A stretch of 56,116 nt of DNA from Alphaproteobacteria bacterium (GTDB taxonomy: Bacteria; Pseudomonadota; Alphaproteobacteria; SMXQ01). The stretch is taken from positions 1-56,116 of the forward strand of contig DASWKZ010000255.1 in assembly GCA_036396355.1 (NCBI GenBank). Direction: 5' to 3'. Each line of letters begins with the position of its first letter. The stretch's first letter is position 1. Under the pieces are notes generated by a model that saw only the letters and a program-made list of their open reading frames with translations, did no database searches and was not told where the DNA came from. Below, in pieces: positions 10,367 to 20,695 of the stretch. The position numbers and the translations under genes are program-made.

Positions 10367-11923
10367 ATGGAATCCCCTTCCAACGCCGTCCTCATCCTCG
10401 ACTTCGGATCGCAGGTCACACAGCTGATCGCAAGGCGGGTACGCGAGGCCGGCGTCTACTGCGAGATCGTGCCCTACGACAAGGGCTCCCAGGCAATCGC
10501 GAGGCTCGATCCGCCGGCGATCATCCTTTCCGGAGGCCCCGCCTCGGTTACCGCGGGCAGGGCGCCGCGGGCACCCCAGCAGGTCTTCACCCTGGGCGTG
10601 CCGGTACTGGGAATCTGCTATGGCCAGCAGACCATGGTCGCGCAGCTGGGCGGCCAGGTGGAGAACGCCCTCCACCGGGAGTTCGGGCGCGCCTTCATCG
10701 AGATCGTCAAGGCGGCGCCGCTATTCGAAGGGCTGTGGGAGGTGGGCGGCCGCGAGCAGGTATGGATGAGCCACGGCGACCGCGTCATCGCCTTACCGCC
10801 GGGATTCTCGGCCATTGCCCGGACAGGGGATGCTCCCTTCGCCGCCATCGCCGACATCGACCGCCGCTTCTACGGCGTCCAGTTCCATCCCGAAGTGATC
10901 CATACCCCCGATGGGGCGCGGCTGATCCAGAATTTCCTGTTTCGCGTGGCCGGGCTCAAGGGTGACTGGACCATGAGCGCCTTCCGCGAGCGCGCGATCA
11001 GGGCGATCCGCGATCAGGTCGGCAGCGGCCGTGTCGTCTGCGGCGTGTCGGGCGGCGTCGATTCCTCGGTGACGGCGGTGCTCATCCATGAAGCCATCGG
11101 CGACCAGCTGACCTGTGTGTTCGTGGACACCGGGCTGTTGCGAGCGGGGGAAGGCCAGGAGGTCGTCTCGGTCTTCCGCGGGCACTACAACATCCCGCTG
11201 GTCGTCAGGGATGCCGGTACGCTGTTCCTGGAAAAGCTTGGCGGCGTGACCGATCCCGAGGAGAAGCGCAAGATCATCGGCGCAACGTTCATCGACGTCT
11301 TCGAGGAGGAGGCGAGCAGGCTGGATGGCACCGATTTTTTGGCACAGGGGACCCTCTATCCGGACGTGATCGAATCGGTCTCGTTTGCCGGCGGGCCCAG
11401 TGCCACCATCAAGTCCCATCACAACGTCGGCGGTCTGCCGGAGCGGATGCGTCTCCGTCTGGTCGAACCCCTCCGCGAGCTCTTCAAGGACGAAGTGCGC
11501 GCGCTCGGGCGCGAACTGGGATTGCCCGAAACCATGGTGGGCCGCCATCCTTTCCCGGGACCCGGCCTCGCGATTCGCATTCCTGGGGGGGTCACCCGGG
11601 ACAAGCTGGAGGTCCTCCGCATGGCGGATGACATCTTCCTCCAGGAGATCCGCAGGGCCGGCCTCTACGACGCGATTTGGCAGGCATTCGCCGTGCTGCT
11701 GCCGGTGCGGACCGTGGGCGTAATGGGCGACGAGCGGTCTTACGAGCATGTCCTTGCCCTTCGCGCGGTCACCTCGACCGATGGCATGACCGCCGACTAC
11801 TACCCGTTCGATCACGCATTCCTCGGTCGCACGGCCAACCGGATCGTCAACGAGGTGCGGGGCGTGAACCGTGTCGTCTACGACGTCACGTCGAAGCCGC
11901 CGGGCACCATCGAGTGGGAATGA
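10367..11923 (+). CDS. guaA: Glutamine-hydrolysing GMP synthase
   Basis: GATase domain ([25 protein letters not shown]), ATP-PPase SGGVDSSV, and the C-terminus KPPGTIEWE. Confidence 0.95.
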   Translation: MESPSNAVLILDFGSQVTQLIARRVREAGVYCEIVPYDKGSQAIARLDPPAIILSGGPASVTAGRAPRAPQQVFTLGVPVLGICYGQQTMVAQLGGQVENALHREFGRAFIEIVKAAPLFEGLWEVGGREQVWMSHGDRVIALPPGFSAIARTGDAPFAAIADIDRRFYGVQFHPEVIHTPDGARLIQNFLFRVAGLKGDWTMSAFRERAIRAIRDQVGSGRVVCGVSGGVDSSVTAVLIHEAIGDQLTCVFVDTGLLRAGEGQEVVSVFRGHYNIPLVVRDAGTLFLEKLGGVTDPEEKRKIIGATFIDVFEEEASRLDGTDFLAQGTLYPDVIESVSFAGGPSATIKSHHNVGGLPERMRLRLVEPLRELFKDEVRALGRELGLPETMVGRHPFPGPGLAIRIPGGVTRDKLEVLRMADDIFLQEIRRAGLYDAIWQAFAVLLPVRTVGVMGDERSYEHVLALRAVTSTDGMTADYYPFDHAFLGRTANRIVNEVRGVNRVVYDVTSKPPGTIEWE

Positions 11924-11964
11924 ATCGGGTGCCGAGGCACCCAATGACGGAAGGAGCTCCAGTC

Positions 11965-12285
11965 ATGACAAACGAGATTCGCGCGTCCCACATCCTCCTC
12001 ATGTATGAGGGCTCGGCGCGTTCCACGGCAAGTCGCACGAAGGACGAGGCACGAAGGGGGATCGAGGTGCTGGCCGAACGTGTCGGCGCCGGAGAGGATT
12101 TCGATGCCTTGGCAAAGGAGGTATCCGATTGTCCGTCTGGGGCGAGGGGGGGAGACCTCGGACGATTCAGGCGGGGCATGATGGTAGCCGCGTTCGAGGA
12201 TACCGCCTTCGCGCTGGATGTGGGTCAAACCTCGGGTGTCGTAGAGACCGATTTCGGCTATCACCTCATCCGTCGCACCGGATGA
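11965..12285 (+). CDS. Parvulin-type peptidyl-prolyl cis-trans isomerase (PpiC-like)
   Basis: IRASHILL......A.....S.C.S...GGDLG.F.RG.MV..FE..AF.L..G..S.VVET.FGYHLI. GGAG lies 8 nt upstream of the ATG at 11965. The longer ORF from 11677 overlaps guaA. Confidence 0.8.
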   Translation: MTNEIRASHILLMYEGSARSTASRTKDEARRGIEVLAERVGAGEDFDALAKEVSDCPSGARGGDLGRFRRGMMVAAFEDTAFALDVGQTSGVVETDFGYHLIRRTG

Positions 12286-12336
12286 GTTCGCCGGCGCCCG
12301 TGGTTTCCTTCGGGACGATGTCGAACGAATCCGGAC

Positions 12337-12675
12337 TCAGGGAGAGACGAGCCGCGCGTCCCGCTCGAATACGGCCAGTGCTTCGGCCAGGGAGTCGGCT
12401 TGTGCGACCCGGCTGCCTCCCTTGATCACGACGAACTTGCCGACGCGGCGGGACGGCGCCGGGAACTTCACGATGGAGTAAAGCGGGTGCGCCCGGGCAT
12501 GCACGAATATGGAGAACTGCGCCATTCCGTGCTCATGGTCGATGGCATAGGCCTTCCACTCGCCGGAGATCACGCGCCGGCTGTATAGCGACAACAGGAG
12601 ATTGAGCTCATGGCGCGAGAAGCACACGAGCCGTTTCCGGCGCCGGTAATCGGCGAGGCGGTACACCGTGCCCAT
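12337..12675 (-). CDS. DUF2794-family protein
   Basis: V.F.R.EL..LLSLYSRRV..GEWK.YAID......FSIF......PLY.I.K. This matches my recollection of DUF2794, a family conserved in alphaproteobacteria. Confidence 0.6.
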   Translation of the reverse strand: MGTVYRLADYRRRKRLVCFSRHELNLLLSLYSRRVISGEWKAYAIDHEHGMAQFSIFVHARAHPLYSIVKFPAPSRRVGKFVVIKGGSRVAQADSLAEALAVFERDARLVSP

Positions 12676-12897
12676 CGGCGGTCTGGCGCCCTCCCGTAGC
12701 GGTTCAGATCTCCTGCCGGAGCGGTTGGTTTGTATCGACTCTGTCCCATTTTCAGGGCAATTTCCAGCATTCCGTTACGCCCGCCCGGCGGAAACGGGCC
12801 GGGAACCGGGCAGGCGGGCAGGCGCCATCGGCGGCCGGGTGAATTGCGTCGGTCCGGTCCGGTGGTTATGGTAGCCGCGCGGGCAGCATGGCGTTGT

Positions 12898-13548
12898 ATG
12901 GCGATGGACAATTTTATCGACGAGATCGAAGAGGAACTGAAACGCGACCGCCACCTCGAGTTGTGGCGGAAGTACGGCAAATTCGCCGTGGCTGCGGCGC
13001 TCATCGTGGTCATTGCGGTTGCCGCGTTCGTAGGCTGGCGCCAGTACCAGGCCAATCGTCAGGCGGAGGCGGGACTCCGATATGCCGAAGCGATCGGGCT
13101 TGCCGCGCGCGGTCAGTCGGGCGAGGCCTTGGCCGCGTTCAAGGCTCTGGGGGATGACGGTCCTGCGGGATACGCCGACCTCGCCCGCTTCCAGCAGGCG
13201 GCGATTCACGCCAGGCAGGGCGACGAGGCCGCCGCCGCGGCCGTCTACGATTCGATCGCCAGGGACGCGTCGGTCGATCCGGCAATTCGGGAACTTGCCC
13301 TGATCCTCTATGCGCTCGCGGCCGCCGACCGGGCCGAGCCTCGCGCCCTCGAGGAGCGGCTGAAGCCGCTGACGACGCCGGCGAATCCGTGGCGGCATTC
13401 GGCGCTCGAGGTGACGGCGATCCTGGCCCAGCGTCGGGGCGACGCCGAGGGCGCCCGGGGAATCTACCAGCGCCTCGCCGATGATCCAGCGGCCCCGCCC
13501 GGGGTGCGCGCCCGGGCGGCCGAGTTCCTCGCGGTCCTCGGCAAGTAG
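12898..13548 (+). CDS. YfgM-like membrane-anchored TPR protein
   Basis: MAMDNFIDEIEEELKRDRHLELWRKYG, then a single TM segment and a TPR-like Ala-rich domain. It sits upstream of bamB-der, as yfgM-bamB-der does in other proteobacteria. The longer ORF from 12730 has a non-protein-like N-terminus. Confidence 0.65.
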   Translation: MAMDNFIDEIEEELKRDRHLELWRKYGKFAVAAALIVVIAVAAFVGWRQYQANRQAEAGLRYAEAIGLAARGQSGEALAAFKALGDDGPAGYADLARFQQAAIHARQGDEAAAAAVYDSIARDASVDPAIRELALILYALAAADRAEPRALEERLKPLTTPANPWRHSALEVTAILAQRRGDAEGARGIYQRLADDPAAPPGVRARAAEFLAVLGK

Positions 13549-13560
13549 GGGGTTGGCCAG

Positions 13561-14892
13561 ATGATCCGGTTCCCCATCCGGGCCATGGTTTCCGGGGTGA
13601 TGATGTCGGCATCCCTGGGTCTATCCGGCTGCATCTTCGCCGAGCCCACGGATCCGCCGCTTCCCGGCGAACGGATTCCCGTCATGCTTTATGACACGGG
13701 CATCCGGCCCGATCCCGAGCTCGCTTCGGTTCCCGTGACCGTGGCGCCGCCGGTCGCCAATGCGGCCTGGCCGCAGACCGGCGGCAACGCCAGCCATTCC
13801 CTCTATCACCTGGAACTGGGACCCCTGCCGAAGCGGGTCTTTCGGGTGGATGCCGGAGAGGAGTCCTCCGATGAGGAGCGGCTGCTTGCCCAGCCGGTGG
13901 TCGATGAAGAGGGCAGGCTTTTCGTCCTCGACGTCGAGGCCAAGGTCACGGCATTCGATGGCGACAGCGGGCGGCGGCTGTGGCGGCGCGACCTGCGGGG
14001 TGACAATGACCGCGATGGCACACTGGGCGCCGGGCTCGCGGTTGATCGCGGGCGCGTGATCGTGACAACGGGGTTCGCCCAGGTGATTGCCCTGGACGCC
14101 GGTACGGGCAAGACAATCTGGCGCCGGATCGTGACGGCGCCACTGCGCGCGGCGCCGACCGTAGCCGAAGGGCGCATCTTTGCCGTTTCGATCGACAATC
14201 AGACCCATGCGCTCGATGCCACCACCGGAGACTTGCTGTGGACGCACCGCGGGGCGCCGGAACTCGCCTCCCTCCTGGGCGGTGCGGCGCCCGCCTACCA
14301 GGCGGGGATCGTGGTGGTCGCGTATTCGTCGGGCGAACTGTTTGGATTGCGCGCGAGCAACGGCACGGAGATGTGGTCCGACTACGTGGCCCGGCCCCGG
14401 CGCACCAGCGCGGTTTCCCACATCGCCGATATCCGCGCCTCCCCGGTGATTGACCGCGGCCTGGTATACGCGGTCAGCAACTCCGGGCGCATGGTGGCGC
14501 TCAACCTCACCAATGGAACGCGACGGTGGGAGCGTCAGGTCGCCGCGGTACAGAATCCCTGGTCGGCGGGGGACTTTCTTTACGTTGTCACCACCGACGG
14601 ATTGCTTCTCTGCATGAGCCGCGATGACGGGCGAATCCGCTGGGTGCGGTCGGTGCCGCGCTACGCGGACGAACGGCGCCAGCGCGGCCTTGTCACCTGG
14701 AGCGGCCCGATCCTCGCCGGCGATCGCCTGATCCTCGCGGGCTCGAACGAGGAGGTCCTCTCGATCTCGCCCTATACGGGAGATCTGCTCGGGCGCATCC
14801 AGATGCCGGACCCGGTCTCGATCCCGCCGCTGGTGGCCCGCAACACCCTCTATTTCCTGACCGACGACGCCGAGCTCATCGCCTGGCGCTGA
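13561..14892 (+). CDS. bamB: Outer-membrane protein assembly factor BamB (PQQ-like beta-propeller lipoprotein)
   Basis: Lipobox LGLSGC. Repeated W/D beta-propeller blades (G.V.ALDA.TGK.IW, A.D..TG..LW). Located between the yfgM-like gene and der. Confidence 0.8.
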   Translation: MIRFPIRAMVSGVMMSASLGLSGCIFAEPTDPPLPGERIPVMLYDTGIRPDPELASVPVTVAPPVANAAWPQTGGNASHSLYHLELGPLPKRVFRVDAGEESSDEERLLAQPVVDEEGRLFVLDVEAKVTAFDGDSGRRLWRRDLRGDNDRDGTLGAGLAVDRGRVIVTTGFAQVIALDAGTGKTIWRRIVTAPLRAAPTVAEGRIFAVSIDNQTHALDATTGDLLWTHRGAPELASLLGGAAPAYQAGIVVVAYSSGELFGLRASNGTEMWSDYVARPRRTSAVSHIADIRASPVIDRGLVYAVSNSGRMVALNLTNGTRRWERQVAAVQNPWSAGDFLYVVTTDGLLLCMSRDDGRIRWVRSVPRYADERRQRGLVTWSGPILAGDRLILAGSNEEVLSISPYTGDLLGRIQMPDPVSIPPLVARNTLYFLTDDAELIAWR

Positions 14893-14896
14893 TCCG

Positions 14897-16279
14897 ATGA
14901 CGGCGACGGTGGCCATTCTCGGGCGCCCCAATGTGGGAAAGTCCACGCTTTTCAATCGTCTGGTCGGCAAGCGGATGGCCATCGTCGAGCCACGGCCGGG
15001 TGTCACGCGCGACTGGAAAAGCGGGGAGGCCCGCCTCGGCGATCTGCGCTTCGTGGTGCTGGACACGCCGGGCCTGGATGCAGCGCCCAAGGGGACTCTC
15101 GAAGCGGCCATGCGTGCCCAGGCGGAGCGGGCACTCGCGCGATCCCGGGTGGCGCTCCTGGTATTCGACGGCCGTGGGGGCGTGACGCCCGTCGATACGC
15201 ATTTCGCGCGGTGGCTACGCGAAAGCGGCAAGCCGGTAATTCTCGTCGCCAACAAATGCGAGGCCGCCGCAGGAGCGGCGGGCGCCCTCGAGGGCTTCGC
15301 GCTCGGGCTCGGGGATCCCGTCATGATCTCGGCGGAGCATGGGGAAGGCATGGGGGCGCTCTATGAGGCGCTGGCGCCGTTCCTGGACGACGGCGGTGGC
15401 GGCTTGGGGGGTCCGGTAGGGCAAGATTCCGGCGCAACGGAAGGCGTCCGCGACGTTCCGGAGGACGGCCCCCTCCGGCTTGCCATCGTGGGGCGGCCCA
15501 ATGTCGGGAAATCGACCCTGGTGAACTGTCTGGTCGGCGAGGAGCGGGTTCTCACGGGGCCGGAGCCCGGCATTACCCGGGACGCCATACCCGTTGACTG
15601 GGTCTACCAGGGTCGGCGGATCCGGCTTGTCGACACCGCGGGGCTCAGGCGCCGGGCGCGGGCGACGGAGCGGCTCGAGCGGATGACCGTGGCCGCCACC
15701 GACCGGGCCATACGTCTCGCGGAGGTGGTGATCCTGGTCGTGGACGCGGGCGTCATGTTGGAACGCCAGGATCTCGCCATCGCGCGTCGGGTGGCGGAGG
15801 AAGGCCGCGCCCTTGTGATTGCCGTCAACAAGTGGGACCTCATGGCGAGCCCCGCCCAGGCCATTCGGAGGCTGCACGATCGGATCGAGCGTTCCCTACC
15901 CCAGAGCAAGGGGGTCGCAACCGTGACGATGTCGGCGCTCACGGGGGAAAATACCGACAGGCTCATGCCTGCCGTTCTAAGGGCCCACGAAACCTGGACT
16001 CGTCGCATTCCCACGGGGGCGCTCAATCGCTGGCTCCGGGCGATGGTCGAAGCCCACCCTCCTCCGGCCGCCCGCGGTCGACCGTTGAGGCTGCGCTATG
16101 TGACCCAGACCAAGGCCCGGCCCCCGACCTTTGTTCTGTTCACAAGCCGTCCTCAGGCATTGCCGGAAAGCTACCTCCGCTATCTGGAGAACGGCCTGAG
16201 GGAAGCGTTCGGACTGGCCGGAACGCCGTTGCGACTCACCCTGCGTCGGGGCCGCAACCCTTACGTCGAGGACAGCTGA
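14897..16279 (+). CDS. der: Ribosome-biogenesis GTPase Der (EngA)
   Basis: Two G domains, each with GRPNVGKSTL, DTPG/DTAG and NKCE/NKWD, plus a C-terminal KH-like domain. Confidence 0.95.
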   Translation: MTATVAILGRPNVGKSTLFNRLVGKRMAIVEPRPGVTRDWKSGEARLGDLRFVVLDTPGLDAAPKGTLEAAMRAQAERALARSRVALLVFDGRGGVTPVDTHFARWLRESGKPVILVANKCEAAAGAAGALEGFALGLGDPVMISAEHGEGMGALYEALAPFLDDGGGGLGGPVGQDSGATEGVRDVPEDGPLRLAIVGRPNVGKSTLVNCLVGEERVLTGPEPGITRDAIPVDWVYQGRRIRLVDTAGLRRRARATERLERMTVAATDRAIRLAEVVILVVDAGVMLERQDLAIARRVAEEGRALVIAVNKWDLMASPAQAIRRLHDRIERSLPQSKGVATVTMSALTGENTDRLMPAVLRAHETWTRRIPTGALNRWLRAMVEAHPPPAARGRPLRLRYVTQTKARPPTFVLFTSRPQALPESYLRYLENGLREAFGLAGTPLRLTLRRGRNPYVEDS

Positions 16280-17013
16280 CCCCCCGCATCGATGAGGTCC
16301 CGGGCTCGGACCACGGCGCCGTTCAGGGCGCAGCCGACCTCGGCGAGCGGAATGAACGCCGGCGCGACCGCCTCCGGGGGCTGCAGGATTTCCGGATTCT
16401 CCCCGGGAAAGGCCTCGGCCCGCATCCGTGTCCGGGTAGCGCCCGGATTGATCAGGTTGGCCCGGACCGCCGTGTTGGCCAGTTCCGCCGCCCAGGTTCG
16501 GACGAGGACCTCGAGGGCGCCCTTGCTGGCCGCGTAGGCGCCCCAGTAGGCGTGGTGCCCGTCGGCGGCGCCCGAAGTCACGAATATCGCCCGTCCCGCC
16601 GGGGACAGCCGCAGGAGGGGGTCGGTCGCCCGGATCAACCGGAAATTGGCGGTGAGATTGATGGCCATGACCGCGTTCCAGGCATCGGGCTCCACATGCC
16701 CCACGGGTGTCAACGGTCCCAGGATCCCGGCGTTGCCCACCACCACGTCGAGCCGGCCGAATCGCTCGTAGAGTGCCGCGCCCATGCGGTCGATCACGTC
16801 GAAATCGGTGAGGTCGGTGGGCAACAATGTCGCCGATCCGCCCCTGGCGCGGATGGAATCGTCCACATCCTCGAGGCCGCCCTGGGTCCGGGCGACAAGG
16901 ACGACATGGGCGCCCGCGTCGGCGAACGCCCGCGCAACGGCGGCGCCGATGCCCCGCGAGGCACCCGTGATGAGAGCGATGCGTCCTACCAGCCGCCCCG
17001 CGGCCCCGGTCAT
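16261..17013 (-). CDS. SDR-family oxidoreductase
   Basis: TGASRGIG cofactor motif, NAG, and the YxxxK catalytic motif (YAASKGAL). Its start overlaps the purF stop by 4 nt. Confidence 0.85.
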   Translation of the reverse strand: MTGAAGRLVGRIALITGASRGIGAAVARAFADAGAHVVLVARTQGGLEDVDDSIRARGGSATLLPTDLTDFDVIDRMGAALYERFGRLDVVVGNAGILGPLTPVGHVEPDAWNAVMAINLTANFRLIRATDPLLRLSPAGRAIFVTSGAADGHHAYWGAYAASKGALEVLVRTWAAELANTAVRANLINPGATRTRMRAEAFPGENPEILQPPEAVAPAFIPLAEVGCALNGAVVRARDLIDAGGQLSST

Positions 17014-18488
17014 CGCCTGCCGCCGACGATCTCGGTGAGGAATGAGAGCTGGCCGCCGTCCGCGCCCCCCTCATGATCGGTGAGACGGATGGGATAATCA
17101 CCGGAGAAGCAGGCGTCGCAATACTGGGGGCGGGTGTCGTCGCGGCCAGGCTCTCCCATGGCCCGATACAGGCCGTCCATGGAAACGAAGGCGAGTGAAT
17201 CGACTCCAATCACCTTGCGCATCTCCTCGAGAGACATGTTGGCGGCCATGAGTTCGGACCGTTGGGGCGTATCCACGCCGTAGAAGCACGAATGCGTCGT
17301 GGGCGGGCTCGCAATCCGCATGTGGACTTCCCGGGCACCGGCTCCACGCATCATCTCGACGATCTTGAGGGACGTGGTGCCGCGCACGATGCTGTCATCG
17401 ACCAGGATCACGCGCTTTCCCTCCACGTGGGCGCGATTGGCGTTGTGCTTGAGTTTCACGCCGAGATGACGGATCTGGTCCGACGGCTCTATGAAGGTGC
17501 GTCCCACATAATGATTGCGAATGATGCCAAGCTCGAACGGGACCGACGATTCGGCGGCGTATCCGATGGCCGCGGGAACGCCCGAGTCCGGAACCGGAAT
17601 GACGACGTCCGCATCGATATGACTCTCGCGTGCGAGTTCCGCCCCGATACGCTTGCGCATCTCATAGACGCTGAGCCCATCGAGGACGCTGTCAGGACGG
17701 GCAAAGTAGATGTACTCAAAGATGCAGTGCCTGGCCGGCTGCGGCGGATACGGCTTGAGACTCTCAAGGCCGGTCTCCGTGACGATGACCAATTCACCGG
17801 CCTCGATGTCGCGCACGAACCTAGCACCGATGATGTCGAGAGCGCATGTCTCGGACGCCAGAATATAGGCATTGTCGATACGACCCAGAACCAAGGGCCG
17901 TACTCCCATCGGGTCCCTAACGCCAATCATCGCGTCGCGGGTCAAGGCCACCAACGAATACGCCCCATCCAATTGCCTGAGCGCATCGATCATGCGATCG
18001 ACCACGGTCACGTAACGCGAAGTGGCGATCAGGTGGACGATGACCTCGGTATCGGTAGTCGACTGGAAGAGGCTGCCCCGCTTGACGAGGTCACGACGCA
18101 AGGACACGGCGTTGGTCAGGTTGCCGTTATGACCGATGGCAAAGCCGCCGAACTCAAAATCGGCGAACAGAGGCTGGATGTTCCTTTCCACCGTATCGCC
18201 GGTGGTGGAATAGCGGTTGTGGCCGATGGCCGACCGCCCGGGCAAGCGCGCAATGGCCTCTTTCGAGGAAAAATTGTCGGCGACGTGACCGAGTCCGCGG
18301 AGCGAGTGGAATCGCTCGCTGTCGAACGTGACCATACCGGCCGCCTCCTGGCCACGGTGCTGGAGGGCATGGAGACCGAGTGCGGTGAAGGCTGCGGCAT
18401 CGTCATGGCCGAACACGCCGAACACGCCGCATTCCTCGTGGAAAGCGTCGTCAAAGGGGCCAATTGTCGGTAGAGGATATGGAGCCAC
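17010..18488 (-). CDS. purF: Amidophosphoribosyltransferase
   Basis: ECGVFGVFGH (Ntn Cys), HRGQE.AG, GHNRYST.G, and the PRTase motif VILVDDSIVRGTT. The GTG at 18488 is preceded by GGAGG; a GTG at 18512 is an alternative start. The part of the ORF above 18517 overlaps cvpA and I do not consider it coding. Confidence 0.9.
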   Translation of the reverse strand: MAPYPLPTIGPFDDAFHEECGVFGVFGHDDAAAFTALGLHALQHRGQEAAGMVTFDSERFHSLRGLGHVADNFSSKEAIARLPGRSAIGHNRYSTTGDTVERNIQPLFADFEFGGFAIGHNGNLTNAVSLRRDLVKRGSLFQSTTDTEVIVHLIATSRYVTVVDRMIDALRQLDGAYSLVALTRDAMIGVRDPMGVRPLVLGRIDNAYILASETCALDIIGARFVRDIEAGELVIVTETGLESLKPYPPQPARHCIFEYIYFARPDSVLDGLSVYEMRKRIGAELARESHIDADVVIPVPDSGVPAAIGYAAESSVPFELGIIRNHYVGRTFIEPSDQIRHLGVKLKHNANRAHVEGKRVILVDDSIVRGTTSLKIVEMMRGAGAREVHMRIASPPTTHSCFYGVDTPQRSELMAANMSLEEMRKVIGVDSLAFVSMDGLYRAMGEPGRDDTRPQYCDACFSGDYPIRLTDHEGGADGGQLSFLTEIVGGRR

Positions 18489-18517
18489 GCTGCCTCCGGT
18501 CTGGGTCAACACTTTAC

Positions 18518-19144
18518 CTATTGGGTGCCTTCGATCAAGCGCTCCATGTCGCGGCGCTCCGATGGCCGATATCCCTCGCGGCCATCTGGGCCGTCCCCGC
18601 TCGGTCCGGCGGCGGGTACCGGTGCGGGACCAGGCGTCACGATCCTGGGGAACTTGCTTGTTACCGTTTCCGGCAGGAGGGCGAGGAGGAATTCCGAGCC
18701 TGCAGAGAGAACCGGGATGGCTTTCGCGTTGCGGAACCACCTCGGCTGGTCGGACGGGCCGATGGCCCAGCTCGACAGCATGAACAGGACGACGACGATG
18801 AGGAAACCGCGCAATAGCCCGAAGACAAAGCCGAGGGTACGGTCCACCGCGCCCGCCGCCGAGCCATGTACGAGCCTCGTAACCTGGTGGGAGACGATGG
18901 AGAGCGCGATGAGCGTCACGAAGAACAACGTCGCTCCCGTTGCAATATCGGCGGCCAGGGGCCATGGGACCAGATCGCGTCCGTAGGGCCTGAGCGGCAT
19001 GAACCCGACCAGGGTCGCAAAGATGGCCCCGGCCCAACTTATGATCGACAGGAGCTCCTTGACGAGACCGCGCATGAGCGCGAACAGTCCCGAAATGAGA
19101 ATGACCCCGGCGACCGCGAGATCGGTGACGGTTTCAGCGGCCAT
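18518..19144 (-). CDS. cvpA: CvpA-family membrane protein (colicin V production protein)
   Basis: Four TM helices. N-terminus D.AV.GVILISGLFALMRGLVKELLSI.SW. Classic cvpA-purF pairing. Confidence 0.85.
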   Translation of the reverse strand: MAAETVTDLAVAGVILISGLFALMRGLVKELLSIISWAGAIFATLVGFMPLRPYGRDLVPWPLAADIATGATLFFVTLIALSIVSHQVTRLVHGSAAGAVDRTLGFVFGLLRGFLIVVVLFMLSSWAIGPSDQPRWFRNAKAIPVLSAGSEFLLALLPETVTSKFPRIVTPGPAPVPAAGPSGDGPDGREGYRPSERRDMERLIEGTQ

Positions 19145-19147
19145 ATC

Positions 19148-20644
19148 CTAGCCTTCACGCTGCCCGGACCACGTCCGGGAGATGGTCTGCCGGGGGCGAT
19201 CGCGCGGCCCGCGCCGAGGGGCCCTGCCGGGCCGGCGACCCTCCAGGCCGAACAGAGGCAGCAATTCCGGAAGGACCCGGAGTTCCGTGGTCCGGAGGGT
19301 GCCCGGGAGACGACCGGAACCCCTTTCCGGAGCCACCGGTACCACTGCCGAGAGAAATCCCAGCTTGGCCGCCTCCTTCAGCCGGGCCCCGCCGCCACTT
19401 ACCGGCCGTATTTCGCCCGAAAGGCCGACTTCCCCGAAGAACAGTGTGCGGTCCGGGGCGGCCTTGCCCGCCAGCGCCGAAACCAGCGCTGCCGCCACGG
19501 CGAGGTCGGCGGCGGGCTCCGACACGCGCAAACCCCCGGCGACGCTCAGATAGACATCGCGGCCGGTCAGTTCAAGCCCACAGCGCGCGTCGAGCACCGC
19601 GATCACCATGGCCAGCCGGGCGGCGTCCCAGCCGACCACGGCGCGGCGTGGGGTGGCGAGCGGGGAAGGCGCGACCAGGGCCTGTATCTCCACCAGTACC
19701 GGGCGCGTGCCCTCCATGCCCGCAAAGACCGCCGACCCCGGGACCGGCTCCGAACCGGGCACGTCCGCTTCCGATCCCGCGGCGCCTCGGCCCAGGAACA
19801 TGGCGGACGGATTGCGGACCTCCGCCAGGCCGGCATCGGACATCTCGAACACACCGATCTCGTCGGTGGGCCCAAATCGGTTCTTCACGGCACGCAATAT
19901 CCTGAAGTGGTAGCCCCGCTCGCCCTCGAAATAGAGCACCGTGTCCACCATGTGTTCGAGCACCCGGGGGCCCGCGATCTGACCGTCCTTTGTGACGTGG
20001 CCGACCATCACGACGGCCACGGCCTTCCGCTTGGCGAGGGCGATCAGCGACTGCGCCGTGGCGCGCACCTGCGCGACGGTGCCGGGTGCCGATTCGAGCG
20101 TACCGACGTGCATGGTCTGGATCGAATCGATGACGACGAGGGCAGGGATCTCCGCCGGCGGAAGGGCTTCGACGGTAGCCACGATATCGGCTGCCGAGGT
20201 GGACGCCGCGAGGCGCACCGGCGCGTCGGCAAGCCCGATGCGCGCCGCGCGCATCCGCAACTGGTCCAATGCCTCCTCGCCCGAGACGTAGAGAGCGCAC
20301 CCGCCCGCCTTCGACAGGGCGGCACATGCCTGCAGCAACAGGGTGGATTTCCCGATCCCCGGATCGCCGGCGATCAGCACCGCGGACGCCGGCACCAGAC
20401 CCCCGCCGAGGACGCGATCGAGTTCGCCGATACCGATTGGCCGGTGTCCGGCGACCTTGCCCGTCCGCTTCAGTGTCTCGAGAACGAGCCCGCGGCCCTT
20501 TTCGGATCCTGCGACCGAGCCCGGCGCCGGGGCGGGTTCCTCGATGACCGCGTTCCAGGCACCGCAGGAATCGCAGCGTCCGCTCCACTTTGGATGCTCC
20601 GCTCCGCATTCCTGGCAGACGAATCGAGAGGGGCTTCGTGCCAA
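19148..20644 (-). CDS. radA: DNA repair protein RadA (Sms)
   Basis: N-terminal zinc finger C.ECG.....W.G.C..CG.WN, Walker A GDPGIGKSTLLLQ, KNRFG motif, and a Lon-like C-terminal domain. Confidence 0.95.
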   Translation of the reverse strand: MARSPSRFVCQECGAEHPKWSGRCDSCGAWNAVIEEPAPAPGSVAGSEKGRGLVLETLKRTGKVAGHRPIGIGELDRVLGGGLVPASAVLIAGDPGIGKSTLLLQACAALSKAGGCALYVSGEEALDQLRMRAARIGLADAPVRLAASTSAADIVATVEALPPAEIPALVVIDSIQTMHVGTLESAPGTVAQVRATAQSLIALAKRKAVAVVMVGHVTKDGQIAGPRVLEHMVDTVLYFEGERGYHFRILRAVKNRFGPTDEIGVFEMSDAGLAEVRNPSAMFLGRGAAGSEADVPGSEPVPGSAVFAGMEGTRPVLVEIQALVAPSPLATPRRAVVGWDAARLAMVIAVLDARCGLELTGRDVYLSVAGGLRVSEPAADLAVAAALVSALAGKAAPDRTLFFGEVGLSGEIRPVSGGGARLKEAAKLGFLSAVVPVAPERGSGRLPGTLRTTELRVLPELLPLFGLEGRRPGRAPRRGPRDRPRQTISRTWSGQREG

Positions 20645-20695
20645 GCTACCGCTCCCGGCGTTGCGGACGCTGCCGCAAACCCTTCGGTGGCCCGG

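Noticed and set aside
13621-15351. A 576-aa ORF on the - strand across bamB and der.
   Set aside because: It is antisense to two well-supported genes (lipobox plus propeller repeats; twin GTPase G-motifs), and its composition is Arg/Pro/Gly-dominated. I treat it as a shadow ORF. The same reasoning applies to 444-1775(-), 2319-3221(-), 4505-6136(+), 6256-7716(-), 10793-11944(-), 15977-17209(-), 29083-30465(-), 30493-32205(-), 31817-33001(-) and similar entries.
16261-16279. A 19-nt convergent overlap between the 3' ends of der (+) and the SDR gene (-), and a 4-nt overlap between rlmE and the baeRF12 gene at 8253-8256.
   Set aside because: Convergent 3' overlaps of this size are common in compact GC-rich genomes. 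They imply nothing beyond tight packing, and there is no hairpin or other signal within them.
18489-19037. A 5' extension of the purF ORF that would give a 675-aa protein.
   Set aside because: The extension overlaps the whole of cvpA in another frame and reads as Arg/Pro-rich non-protein-like sequence. The conserved PurF N-terminus (…ECGVFGV) begins shortly after a GTG preceded by GGAGG at 18488.
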